A stretch of DNA of 64,000 nt from a virus (taxonomy: Duplodnaviria; Heunggongvirae; Uroviricota; Caudoviricetes). The notes below the pieces were generated by a model. That model ran no database searches, was not told the origin of the DNA, and saw only the letters and a list, made by a program, of their open reading frames with translations. The number at the start of each line of letters is the position of its first letter. Position 1 is the stretch's first letter. A program made the translations under genes and the position numbers. This document shows positions 9,345 through 18,265 of the stretch, one piece after another. The stretch lies in the IMG/VR virus record IMGVR_UViG_3300014208_000038, one strand, 5' to 3'.

Positions 9345-9431
9345 CTTAAATAAAATATTTAAGGGAAACCCTTAAATAAAATATTTAAGGGAAACCCTTA
9401 AATAAAATATTTAAGGGAAACCCTTAAATAC
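9345..9431. repeat. perfect tandem repeat: 3 full + 1 partial copies of the 26-bp unit CCTTAAATAAAATATTTAAGGGAAAC; each unit contains a 9/9-bp palindrome (CCTTAAATA...TATTTAAGG)
   Basis: read directly; intergenic, upstream of the Ubl/E1 operon. Confidence 0.9.
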
Positions 9432-9515
9432 TAATATGTGCTTAGTATTTAATACTGCGATACGAAAATGTTTGTGTCGCTTAAGAATAAAAAATAAAGA
9501 GAGGACTGATAAAAA

Positions 9516-9767
9516 ATGGTAAAGGAAATAACAACTGGAATGGTACTGGAAGATGTTAAACTGCCTGAGAACAGAGAAGAAGGTTCTTGGATTGTAATGG
9601 ATGCAAAATTAGAACAATCCGTTACATTTGACGAGAAACCTACTTGGGATGAACTCCAAGATGTAAAAGAAGGTATATTTGGATATTCCAAAGCCAAGAT
9701 GGCTGTTAACGAAGAGTTAAACTTAATTGTCTTAACTCCAGTAGATGTTTCCGGTTTTTCTTTTTAG
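9516..9767 (+). CDS. small protein, candidate ubiquitin-like modifier precursor
   Basis: 83 aa immediately upstream of the E1/E2/JAB genes; ends ...VDVSG-FSF (a Gly followed by a 3-aa tail that could be trimmed); no Ubl fold is demonstrable from sequence. Confidence 0.3.
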   Translation: MVKEITTGMVLEDVKLPENREEGSWIVMDAKLEQSVTFDEKPTWDELQDVKEGIFGYSKAKMAVNEELNLIVLTPVDVSGFSF

Positions 9768-9830
9768 AAAAACCTTAACGGGTTTTTTCTTTTTAGAAAT
9801 TTTTTATAATTTTTTTCTAAAAAGAAAATC
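9753..9830. repeat. two direct copies of GGTTTTTCTTTTTAGAAA plus one inverted copy (TTTCTAAAAAGAAAA) between the Ubl candidate and the E1 gene
   Basis: read directly; the first copy encodes the last codons and stop of the 9516 ORF. Confidence 0.8.
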
Positions 9831-9877
9831 TTTTTAAGAAAACTTAAATATTTTTTAAATATAAAAATAGAGGAGGA

Positions 9878-10441
9878 ATGATTTTCACGAAAAATATTGC
9901 TATTATTGGCTCAGGTGGATTAGGAGCAAACCTTACAATGCTTTTGTTGGATCAAGGATACAATGTATTTTTGATAGATGGAGATACAGCAGATGAGAAG
10001 TTTTTTAAGAGATTTTCCACATTTACCAACTCTTTTGTTCTTAACTCAGGAAGAGCAAAGGTAGAAGTAGTAAAATCTGTAGCTCGTGGAAGAGGTTATG
10101 AAGATAAAATTAGAACTAGATCAGTAATGGTTGGACCGGAATTTGATTACAACTTATTTAAGCCTTATGAGCTGGTAATCATTGCGGTGGATACAATTAC
10201 TGGAAGGCAAACTATTGAGCTTAATCTTAAAAAGAATGGATTGACTAATTTTATCCACGTAGGGCTCAATCTGAATAGCATTAGTATTTTTAAGACGGCT
10301 GATGGATTACTAGGGGCAGATCCGCTACCGGATGCTCAAACTTCATATGATAGAGTCCCGGATGCAAGAACATATCTTACAGCTTGTTTAGAAGTATTAG
10401 ATATAATTGATCCTGTAACCATTCAGGTATATAAGGAGTAA
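9878..10441 (+). CDS. ThiF/MoeB-family E1-like adenylyltransferase (short, 187 aa)
   Basis: Rossmann IAIIGSGGLGANLTMLL...DGDTADEKFFKRF, parallel to E1 G-x-G-x-x-G ... D-x-D-x-x-E-x-x-N/R; SD agaggaggaATG. Confidence 0.65.
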   Translation: MIFTKNIAIIGSGGLGANLTMLLLDQGYNVFLIDGDTADEKFFKRFSTFTNSFVLNSGRAKVEVVKSVARGRGYEDKIRTRSVMVGPEFDYNLFKPYELVIIAVDTITGRQTIELNLKKNGLTNFIHVGLNLNSISIFKTADGLLGADPLPDAQTSYDRVPDARTYLTACLEVLDIIDPVTIQVYKE

Positions 10442-10447
10442 ATAAAT

Positions 10448-11536
10448 ATGTCTCAAACCTCTTATTTTTTTAAAGTTTCTCTCATTAATAATGGAACAAA
10501 GATCTTACTTTCTTATCATATAAAAGAATATATAACGAGAGAATCTCAGGAATCTATTGCTAGAAGTATTAATCAAAAATTTCCAGATGGACTTGCAGAC
10601 CTCAGAAGATTGATCAGTTTTGATATTTTATCTTCGCTTCGATCTTATAAAAGATATACTTATAATTTTTACATTCCTCCAACAAATGTAGCAGAATCTA
10701 ACTCAAAAGTTATTCCTGTATTAAAATATTTAGAACCAATTTTAGCAGGATTAGACCTAATTGATCAAAAAGAGGCCAGCACAAAAAAGATATGGACAGA
10801 AATTGTAAGGGAGAAAAATGTTCATCCTCTTCTTGTGACAGGAGAAAAAGTTTATAAGTTGACTTTAGTGGAAGATGTTAGTGGCCGTCCTATTAGACCA
10901 ACAGAAGCCTTCCAGGAAGCAATTAATGAAGAAGTAGAAAGCATAAAAATTCAATATGAGCAAATGTTATCCCAGGGAATAGAAAGCTTTAAGAAAGAAA
11001 ATTTTACTTCTTATGTTTTGAGAATAGAAGATTTTCAACAAGGTTTTGTAAGTTTTCTTGATTCACAAAATAATCCTTGTCTTGCTAAAAAAGTTATGTT
11101 TTGTCCTCTTCATATTATGTTTAGCTCTCAAGATATTAGAAAAATTAAACAGGAATATAGAGAAAAAATGAAACAAGAAGTTTTTATTGTATATAATTCT
11201 AATAGTAGAATATCTGTATATGAATCAAATGGGGTAACTCCGGCAAAGCTTCCTCATAATTGGAATGGAGGAGCGATGTGTACGGGAAGCTATCACATTG
11301 AATCTAATGTGAGTGATGTTGTTAAGGCAAAAGAAATAGTGAATCATATTGAGGAAATGCTTCAAATGATTAATATGACATCTTTGGCAGATGGCTATAT
11401 TTTATATGATGGAGAGCTAAAATTTATGAGAACTATTTCTACAGACTTACGAGATATTTGTGAATCTAATACGCCGGTACAATCAACTTGGAATGAAAAT
11501 AGGGAAACAGTAATTTATGATGGGCAAATTCTTTAA
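10448..11536 (+). CDS. protein with C-terminal E2-like (UBC-fold-like) catalytic motif
   Basis: LPHNWNGGAMCTG resembles the E2 HPN-x4-G-x-I-C motif (His-Asn then Cys about 8 aa later); sits between the E1 and JAB genes. Confidence 0.45.
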   Translation: MSQTSYFFKVSLINNGTKILLSYHIKEYITRESQESIARSINQKFPDGLADLRRLISFDILSSLRSYKRYTYNFYIPPTNVAESNSKVIPVLKYLEPILAGLDLIDQKEASTKKIWTEIVREKNVHPLLVTGEKVYKLTLVEDVSGRPIRPTEAFQEAINEEVESIKIQYEQMLSQGIESFKKENFTSYVLRIEDFQQGFVSFLDSQNNPCLAKKVMFCPLHIMFSSQDIRKIKQEYREKMKQEVFIVYNSNSRISVYESNGVTPAKLPHNWNGGAMCTGSYHIESNVSDVVKAKEIVNHIEEMLQMINMTSLADGYILYDGELKFMRTISTDLRDICESNTPVQSTWNENRETVIYDGQIL

Positions 11537-11542
11537 AAAGGA

Positions 11543-12241
11543 GTGAGTTTAAAAATGTTAGATGAAGTAAAGCATAGTCAATGTCCCATATGCACCGATT
11601 TAGATACTTCAAAATGTGAGGTTAAAATGGGTGCCGTGGTTTGGGGTTATCTTCAAGCCCTAATGTATAAAATGGGAAGTCAAGAATTTGCTGCGTATCT
11701 TTTGGGGTCCATAAGTGAAGATGGACAAAAATTTATTGTTGATGAGTATTATATTCCAACACAGGGAGTAAATTCAGTAAATGTAGAGATAGGCGAAGAA
11801 ATTTTTACAATACCAAAAGAAATTAGGGAAAGAATAATTGGTCATCTACATTCTCATCATATAATGGGTTTCTCTCCAAGCGGAACAGACAAGGAACATC
11901 TTAATTATCCTTTACATATCATAATTGCACATCAAGGATATAAAACCACAATTAGAAAGAGGGTTGGATGTGGTAAATGGCTTGCTATTTCTGATGTTCC
12001 GATTACGTTCTATTCGGATTATGTAGAGCTGGGTGAGACTGAAAAAATTGAGATCGTACAACCAAAATATGTTGATTTATATCAAAGTAGATTAGATGAG
12101 GGTGGAAATTATTTTGATCCTGTGGAAGAAAAAGATAATTTTGAAGAGTACCAAAAATATTTAGAAAATGAAAATAATTCTTGGTTTCCCCCATCATCGG
12201 AAGTGGTAAGCCGAGAAATTCAAGATGGAATGGAGATTTAA
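11543..12241 (+). CDS. JAB/MPN (JAMM) metalloprotease, deubiquitinase-like
   Basis: JAMM motif HLHSHHIMGFSPSGTD (H-x-H-x7-S-x2-D); upstream Glu present. Confidence 0.75.
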   Translation: MSLKMLDEVKHSQCPICTDLDTSKCEVKMGAVVWGYLQALMYKMGSQEFAAYLLGSISEDGQKFIVDEYYIPTQGVNSVNVEIGEEIFTIPKEIRERIIGHLHSHHIMGFSPSGTDKEHLNYPLHIIIAHQGYKTTIRKRVGCGKWLAISDVPITFYSDYVELGETEKIEIVQPKYVDLYQSRLDEGGNYFDPVEEKDNFEEYQKYLENENNSWFPPSSEVVSREIQDGMEI

Positions 12242-12243
12242 AT

Positions 12244-12441
12244 ATGAGTGGGTTTGACCGTTTATGTATTACAGTAAGAGAAGATCAAAGAGAAGAAATG
12301 AAAAAATATCCTGAAAATTATTCAGGGTGGGTTCAAATATTTTTAGACATGCTATTGAAAAATTTAGCAATAGCAAAAGAAAAAACAGAAAGGGAATTTT
12401 TAGAAAAAATTGATGATAAAAGAGATGATAATGCACAATGA
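12244..12441 (+). CDS. hypothetical protein
   Basis: ATG at 12244 directly after the JAB stop; the track start at 12181 overlaps the JAB gene. Confidence 0.35.
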   Translation: MSGFDRLCITVREDQREEMKKYPENYSGWVQIFLDMLLKNLAIAKEKTEREFLEKIDDKRDDNAQ

Positions 12442-13130
12442 GAACTATTGTTTGTGGGGATGCCCACGGGCAACCCTGGCTTATTCAGAATGTATTAGAT
12501 CGTTCTGAATATGATGTAAGAAAAGATAGGTTGATATTTGTGGGGGATTCAGTGGATATTGGATATTCTGCCTTAGATTGTTTGAATATTTTATTAGACA
12601 ATAAAGCAGAAATACTTTGGGGAAACCACGATTTAGCATATATCTTAGGTAAATCAATCTGGCCACAAAATCAGTTTGATTATGATTTTTATGATAAATT
12701 GATGGAAGTAAAAGATCAAATAAAAGTATTCACTCAATGTGGAAATATTTTTATAACACATGCGGGAATATCTGAACATTATTATAGATGTTTTTTAGGG
12801 ATTATTTTCAATTTAAATCCAAAATTTGAAAATATTTCAGATGTAAGGAAAAATTTAGAAAATTATATAAATTCTTCTTCCTTAGAAGAATTATGGAAGA
12901 AAGATAGCCCTGTTTGGTATCGACCAAATAAATCTGATCCGCCAATTGGTTTCTTACCTCAAATAGTTGGTCATACCCCTCCAGGATGGTTAGCACAAAC
13001 AGGATTGCAATTAGATAACTTTATAAGTGTTGACCCCTATAGTACAATTGGGTTTGATGAAACCAGGTATAGATATGTAATTATAGAAAACAATGAGATG
13101 AAATTAATAGATTCAAATATAAAAAAATAA
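12438..13130 (+). CDS. calcineurin-like metallophosphoesterase (PPP-family phosphatase)
   Basis: GDAHG ... GDSVDIG ... GNHD motifs in canonical order. Confidence 0.75.
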   Translation: MRTIVCGDAHGQPWLIQNVLDRSEYDVRKDRLIFVGDSVDIGYSALDCLNILLDNKAEILWGNHDLAYILGKSIWPQNQFDYDFYDKLMEVKDQIKVFTQCGNIFITHAGISEHYYRCFLGIIFNLNPKFENISDVRKNLENYINSSSLEELWKKDSPVWYRPNKSDPPIGFLPQIVGHTPPGWLAQTGLQLDNFISVDPYSTIGFDETRYRYVIIENNEMKLIDSNIKK

Positions 13131-13146
13131 AGAGGAAGGAAAAATT

Positions 13147-13299
13147 ATGGAAGAGTGTGCTTATTGTTATGATCCGATTAAAACAAATGTTTACTATGTG
13201 GCAGGTATGACATTTCATCAAGAGTGTAAAGAATATCTTAAACAAAATCCTGACTGCTGGCCACAGAGTCAAACCGAAGTTGAAGAATGCCGACCTAAA
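13147..13299 (+). CDS. small Cys-rich (zinc-ribbon-like) protein
   Basis: 50-aa ORF not in track; SD gaggaaggaaaaattATG; CAYCYD...HQEC...DCW. Confidence 0.35.
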
Positions 13300-13347
13300 T
13301 AATAGTAACTAAAGAATAGGAATAACAAATAGAGGAGGAAAAAGAAT

Positions 13348-14172
13348 ATGGTATTATTTTTTGAACAGGTTAGACCAACAGAAAGAGCATTAATTGAACG
13401 ATTTGGAAAATTTGCTAGATATGAGCCAACAGGCCTTGTGCTTTATTATCCAATTATAGAGAGATGCAGAAAAGTAAATATTACAGAAAAAATGGTGGCT
13501 TGTCCGAGACAAGAAGTTATTACTGAGGATAATTTAAATGCGGCTGTTTCTGCTCAAGTGTATTATAAAATAAAAGATGATGAACAAAATGTAAAAAATT
13601 CACAATATAATGTGAATCACGTAGAACGGCAAATTGTTTCCCTTGCACAAACTACTTTAAGAAATACTCTTGGTAGTTTTAGTTTAAATGGAGCTAACAA
13701 AAATAGGGCCGATATAAACAAAAAGTTACAAGAAACAATAACACAAGAGACATTAAATTGGGGTATAGATATTGTTAGATGTGAAATTGCTGAAATTGAG
13801 CCTCCTGAGAATGTTCAAAAAGCAATGAATAATATTGTAATCGCTCAATCTGAGAAGCAAGCTGCTACTGATTTTGCAACCGCTGTAGAAACTAAAGCAG
13901 ATGGTACTAGAAGGGCAGCCATTAAAGAGGCTGAGGGCCGAGCTAAGTCTCTTACTGTAGAGGCTGATGCAAAAGCAGAGGCAATAAGGACCGTTAATAA
14001 GGCGGCAAGTGAAACATTTACTGGCGCTGCCGTAGATCTTAAGAAGTTGGAAGTTGCCGAGACAATATTTAAGAATAATTCTAAAATAATTATTCCACAA
14101 GGATCTGATGTAACTACATTTATTTCAGATCTAGTTGGTACGGGACCAATCCCTATACCAGTTAAGAAATAA
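13348..14172 (+). CDS. SPFH/band-7 (stomatin/prohibitin-like) membrane scaffold protein
   Basis: SPFH core (ERFGKF..., ...EIEPPENVQKAMNN..AQSEKQA) then an Ala/Glu-rich coiled coil; SD agaggaggaaaaagaatATG. Confidence 0.8.
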   Translation: MVLFFEQVRPTERALIERFGKFARYEPTGLVLYYPIIERCRKVNITEKMVACPRQEVITEDNLNAAVSAQVYYKIKDDEQNVKNSQYNVNHVERQIVSLAQTTLRNTLGSFSLNGANKNRADINKKLQETITQETLNWGIDIVRCEIAEIEPPENVQKAMNNIVIAQSEKQAATDFATAVETKADGTRRAAIKEAEGRAKSLTVEADAKAEAIRTVNKAASETFTGAAVDLKKLEVAETIFKNNSKIIIPQGSDVTTFISDLVGTGPIPIPVKK

Positions 14173-14192
14173 ATTATTTTAGGAGACACAAA

Positions 14193-14633
14193 ATGAAATC
14201 ATTATTTTATATATTTTCCATAATAACACTAATTGCAATAATTTGTTTAGGTTGCATAGGAAATAATGAGGCGACTAAAGATAGAGTATATCAGGAGAGG
14301 GAATCTCCATGTATTCAAGGAGAACCTCTTTATATTGCGTATGCTACGACTCACTGCGAAGATACTTTCTATACAATGGATCATGCAGAATTACTCACAG
14401 CGGTTAATTCTGGTTGCTGGTGGTCAAATGGCAAAATAGCTGGGTATCTCTCCAGAATACTAGAAAACGGTACAATTCCGCTATATCGATCTTGGAATGG
14501 CTGCAAGCACTTCTATACTACGGATCAAAATGAATTCAATCTATCCCTATCTCGTGGTTATAGAGCAGAGGGGATAGCTGGATATGTCATATCAGGACAA
14601 GAACCAATGTTGGTGGATCAGGTGTTACAATGA
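14193..14633 (+). CDS. secreted/lipoprotein-like hypothetical protein
   Basis: N-terminal hydrophobic signal with LGC lipobox-like Cys; 146 aa. Confidence 0.45.
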   Translation: MKSLFYIFSIITLIAIICLGCIGNNEATKDRVYQERESPCIQGEPLYIAYATTHCEDTFYTMDHAELLTAVNSGCWWSNGKIAGYLSRILENGTIPLYRSWNGCKHFYTTDQNEFNLSLSRGYRAEGIAGYVISGQEPMLVDQVLQ

Positions 14634-14690
14634 AAAAAATTATTTTTTTATTAGTATGTAGGATATTTGTTTATTTGGGATTGATTTAAA

Positions 14691-15101
14691 ATGAATAAGC
14701 AAGTAGCACTAGATCTTTTGATGCTGGCAATTTTTATGTTTGTAGTTCCATCTGTTGCAGAAAATGGATCTATCACGATCGTGCGAGTAGATGGGGATTA
14801 TATTTCTGTTGCTGATAATCAACTTGAAGATATAATCGTGTTTTTTATAAACGATTATAATTATTCTACAATCTGGATTGGAAAGAACGGCAATAAAAAT
14901 CATGCGGTCCTACATGCTATGCGATTGCTAAACTATTCAATACTTAATAACACCACCGACTTCGATATTGTCAAATTGGTTGAGATAGAATATGCACGGC
15001 GACAGAATGAGTTGACCAAAATCAAGCAATGTGAAGAGCAAACTGCAAGAGATTTAGCTAATAGAACACATGTAAATACTTATGAATGGATAAAGGGGTA
15101 A
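14691..15101 (+). CDS. secreted/membrane-anchored hypothetical protein with multiple N-x-S/T sequons
   Basis: signal-peptide-like N-terminus; NGS, NYS, NTT sequons. Confidence 0.4.
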   Translation: MNKQVALDLLMLAIFMFVVPSVAENGSITIVRVDGDYISVADNQLEDIIVFFINDYNYSTIWIGKNGNKNHAVLHAMRLLNYSILNNTTDFDIVKLVEIEYARRQNELTKIKQCEEQTARDLANRTHVNTYEWIKG

Positions 15102-15355
15102 TTATGGAAAATCCATTAACTAAAATTTTTATCATTATTATTTTGTTTTCTATAGTTGGATTTATTAGTTTAAATTATGTAAATAAAAATAATGAGGATT
15201 CTTATAATTTTGGAGAATTAAAAATAACAAAGTGTCCTAATGAAAGTTATATCCTTAATGTTACATCAGAGGTAAAAATACTTACTATTAACCAAAATTC
15301 TGAATGGGTAGGAACTATTGATTTTGAAAAATTATGGGATATACAAAATCCTTAA
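15086..15355 (+). CDS. membrane-anchored hypothetical protein
   Basis: N-terminal TM helix; stop lies inside a TTAAATACTAATA box. Confidence 0.4.
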   Translation: MDKGVIMENPLTKIFIIIILFSIVGFISLNYVNKNNEDSYNFGELKITKCPNESYILNVTSEVKILTINQNSEWVGTIDFEKLWDIQNP

Positions 15356-15382
15356 ATACTAATACACTCCATAATACGTATT

Positions 15383-15640
15383 ATGACGACAGAGAAAGAG
15401 GAATCTCGAAAATTGAGTGAAGAAGAAATAGAGGTTTTAATTCATAACTATCCAGAGGCTAACAAAGATGCTATTCGATTTACGTTCCAGGAATATCCAT
15501 ATGAAGATTCTTATGATTTTTGTATAGGGTATCTTACGTTAGATGCTCATCTATTCAGGTGGAATGAAGCTACAGTAAATGCCATTCGAAAGGGGTATGA
15601 CTTAGCCTTTGGAAGAATTACTAAACTGAAAGTGAAATAA
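15383..15640 (+). CDS. hypothetical protein
   Basis: ATG 28 nt after the TTAAATAC box, no SD (leaderless-like). Confidence 0.4.
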   Translation: MTTEKEESRKLSEEEIEVLIHNYPEANKDAIRFTFQEYPYEDSYDFCIGYLTLDAHLFRWNEATVNAIRKGYDLAFGRITKLKVK

Positions 15641-15641
15641 A

Positions 15642-15845
15642 ATGAATCTTATAGATTTTTTTGACCCAAAGAGCAAAGATCATCTAAAAGCTTATCTTAA
15701 TTGGTATAAAAGAGGATGCTGGCCGCAAGGATTCTTGCCCGAAGGGATAAAAATTCCCAATGGATGGAATTTTTTGTTAGCAGAAAAAATAGTGCGAACT
15801 TATTTAAAAGATAATATTCCTGATGAATGTGGAGGAGTTTTATGA
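15642..15845 (+). CDS. hypothetical protein
   Basis: 67-aa ORF. Confidence 0.35.
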   Translation: MNLIDFFDPKSKDHLKAYLNWYKRGCWPQGFLPEGIKIPNGWNFLLAEKIVRTYLKDNIPDECGGVL

Positions 15846-16306
15846 TATTCAAACTATGTGATAATGGCACAATTAATGTTGAAAAAAGAAATACTCTTGA
15901 ACATGATACAGTAGAGCTTCAAAATCCGATAAAAATAGAAGATTTTTTGGCTAATATTTCTATTTGGACAGAAGTTTTAAACAAATTTAAATCTCCAGTA
16001 GTAACTCAACCAATGTTAATTTTAGAAGATCTTATAAAAGAAAATTACCAACAATTATCATCAAAAAATCTTAGAGTAACACTTAATATAATCGGAGCAA
16101 AAATTCTTATGCAGGATTTTAGAGGGATTCATTATATAAAAGCAGTAGATATTGAAAGAAATTATATTTTATGCTTTGCAAAAAGTGAATCTCAAGAAGA
16201 TACATATTATATAATTGACTTCCAAAAGAAAAGGTGTGGATGCTCTGGTTTTAAATATAGAAATCACTGCAAGCATATTGATAATCTGCCACCATTTTTG
16301 ATCTAA
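15827..16306 (+). CDS. SWIM-type zinc-finger protein
   Basis: C-terminal CGCSGFKYRNHCKHI fits SWIM CxCxnCxH. Confidence 0.45.
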   Translation: MWRSFMIFKLCDNGTINVEKRNTLEHDTVELQNPIKIEDFLANISIWTEVLNKFKSPVVTQPMLILEDLIKENYQQLSSKNLRVTLNIIGAKILMQDFRGIHYIKAVDIERNYILCFAKSESQEDTYYIIDFQKKRCGCSGFKYRNHCKHIDNLPPFLI

Positions 16307-16442
16307 ATATATCTAAACCTCTAGATTTTGATCAAGATTTAAATGTTTGGAGTATATATTTAAATATGGGTACAAATAATATTGGATATATTTATGCAAA
16401 AGAAGAAGAATATTTAAGTAAGCTTTATAAGGAGGTAAACAA

Positions 16443-16781
16443 ATGACAAATAAATCATTTACATTTTGTGAGGTTAGTTTATTTGGAAAAATAAACTGTG
16501 TTGGAGAACAAATAGCTTTTTATGATCTAAAACCTAGAACATTAGTTAGATTTTTAAAGACAGTTGACCTTAAAAAGATTAAGATATTACCTCTTCTTCA
16601 ACAGGAAGAACCCACATTTAAATTTGATGAGAAAACAATGCTTTTTGTTAATTATATTTTAAGAAGAGCTAATAATATTAGAAAAATTTGTTTTTTAAAA
16701 TTTTATCCAGAAACTAATGAGCTTATTGTTGGTTTTAACAGAGATAGTTCTGATTTATTAAAGATCAAGGAAAAGAGTTAA
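16443..16781 (+). CDS. hypothetical protein
   Basis: SD aaggaggtaaacaaATG. Confidence 0.4.
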   Translation: MTNKSFTFCEVSLFGKINCVGEQIAFYDLKPRTLVRFLKTVDLKKIKILPLLQQEEPTFKFDEKTMLFVNYILRRANNIRKICFLKFYPETNELIVGFNRDSSDLLKIKEKS

Positions 16782-16806
16782 ATACTTTAAGATACTAGTA
16801 TGTATT

Positions 16807-17025
16807 ATGATAGTAAAAGAAGAACAGGAATTTGAAGTCCATCAACAGGCCGGAAGAGTTAACAGAGAGATCCAGAGAATTATTATAGATCTTCAAAAAC
16901 TGAGTGACCTAGTTGGATCTGGGGAGGATCTATATGAGCATTATATGCCACAACAGTCTCTAATTGATATAGCTATTCAATATGGACAGTTGATAGCTAT
17001 GAAGAGAGGGATGAAGGTAGATTAA
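16807..17025 (+). CDS. hypothetical protein
   Basis: ATG 26 nt after a TTAAATACT box; leaderless-like. Confidence 0.4.
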   Translation: MIVKEEQEFEVHQQAGRVNREIQRIIIDLQKLSDLVGSGEDLYEHYMPQQSLIDIAIQYGQLIAMKRGMKVD

Positions 17026-17168
17026 AATGAACTATACTCTATATTATAAAAAAAGAAGCACAGGATATCGACTACAGATGGGAATATCACGTAGTTTTGA
17101 GGATGAAATTATCAAAGACTGTGAGGAATTTAAAAAATTTCATCCAACACTAGAATGTGGATATTTAG

Positions 17169-17360
17169 TTGATTAAGCATAACCTTTTTATATCATTACC
17201 ATCCTTAGTATTAGATATGGAATTATTTGATATTAAAAAGATGGAAAATATTCTTTCTGAGAGAGCTAAGTATGGTTTTTCAGGACGGAATTTTAGTGTT
17301 ACCGAATCTGAGATGAAAGCAATTATAGCTGAGATTAAAGAATATAGGAGGCTGATTTAA
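17169..17360 (+). CDS. hypothetical protein
   Basis: 63-aa ORF. Confidence 0.35.
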   Translation: MIKHNLFISLPSLVLDMELFDIKKMENILSERAKYGFSGRNFSVTESEMKAIIAEIKEYRRLI

Positions 17361-17362
17361 AG

Positions 17363-17731
17363 ATGGAAAGAGCTGTTGGTGCATCCGAGTATAGAAAATT
17401 TCAAGCCGGAGAGGAACTTTCTAGTACCGAAATGATTAAGGCTATGTGTTTTTTATGTACTGGATTTTATGCAGATGGTAGAATAGATTGTGAAGGAAAA
17501 ACTTGTCCTCTCTATGGAAAAATGCCATATAAAAATATAGCCGAGGGGGAAATAGTTAAACCCAAGAAGATTATGCCTAAGAGCTGTGCTAGGTGCGAGT
17601 TTCCTGACAGAGAAAATGCTTATGCTTGTTCCAAGAGATTATCCCAAATAGAAAAAGAGGGGAGAATGTATCCCCAGGATGAGTCTTGTTGGAAGGGAAG
17701 AATTGTTAGGGGTGGTAGGAACGGAATGTAA
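17363..17731 (+). CDS. Cys-rich hypothetical protein
   Basis: CFLCTG...CEGKTCP...CARCEF. Confidence 0.4.
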   Translation: MERAVGASEYRKFQAGEELSSTEMIKAMCFLCTGFYADGRIDCEGKTCPLYGKMPYKNIAEGEIVKPKKIMPKSCARCEFPDRENAYACSKRLSQIEKEGRMYPQDESCWKGRIVRGGRNGM

Positions 17732-17987
17732 TTCCGTTCTGAAAGGAAAGAAATGTAGAATATTTTTTATTTCCTTGTTTCTTATTTTTAATACATGTTC
17801 TGCTACTGAGGAATTAGATTCTGTTAATGAAATATTAAAATCAGTTAAACCAGATAATCCAATAGAAGATTTATCTTTTCTACTATCGACTCATGGATAC
17901 ACTACGGATGGAAGAGGAAATCTCACTTTGTCAGATGGTTCAATTTGGAAAATAAGAGAAAATGGAACTTTAATTGAGGTTAATTAA
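17679..17987 (+). CDS. secreted hypothetical protein
   Basis: signal-peptide-like segment FFISLFLIFNTCSA. Confidence 0.35.
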   Translation: MSLVGREELLGVVGTECNSVLKGKKCRIFFISLFLIFNTCSATEELDSVNEILKSVKPDNPIEDLSFLLSTHGYTTDGRGNLTLSDGSIWKIRENGTLIEVN

Positions 17988-18262
17988 TGAATAATCCCCA
18001 AAAATTTGATCTTGATTATTTTAAAAAAGATATTCGAGAAGAACCGCTTAAATATATAATGATGATTATTTCCTTATCTGGCGCATTTTTAACAGCAGGT
18101 TCCTTTTCTTTTTTAAGAGGTTTGGGGTTTTTTGTTTGGCTATTTAGCAATATGTATGTAATACTTATATTTTATAAACAAAATAATCTACCTATGAGTT
18201 TTGCATATATAGGTTATGAAATTGCTAATTTAATAGGAGTATATAATAATTGGTTGGTGTAG
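17987..18262 (+). CDS. small membrane protein
   Basis: two TM helices. Confidence 0.4.
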   Translation: MNNPQKFDLDYFKKDIREEPLKYIMMIISLSGAFLTAGSFSFLRGLGFFVWLFSNMYVILIFYKQNNLPMSFAYIGYEIANLIGVYNNWLV

Positions 18263-18265
18263 TTT

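Noticed and set aside
9345-9431. Possible CRISPR array
   Set aside because: Units are contiguous perfect tandem copies with no intervening unique spacers; no cas genes nearby.
13753-14189. Minus-strand ORFs 13753..14100 and 13845..14189
   Set aside because: They lie entirely antisense to the well-supported SPFH gene; low-complexity Ala/Ser-rich translations typical of antisense frames.
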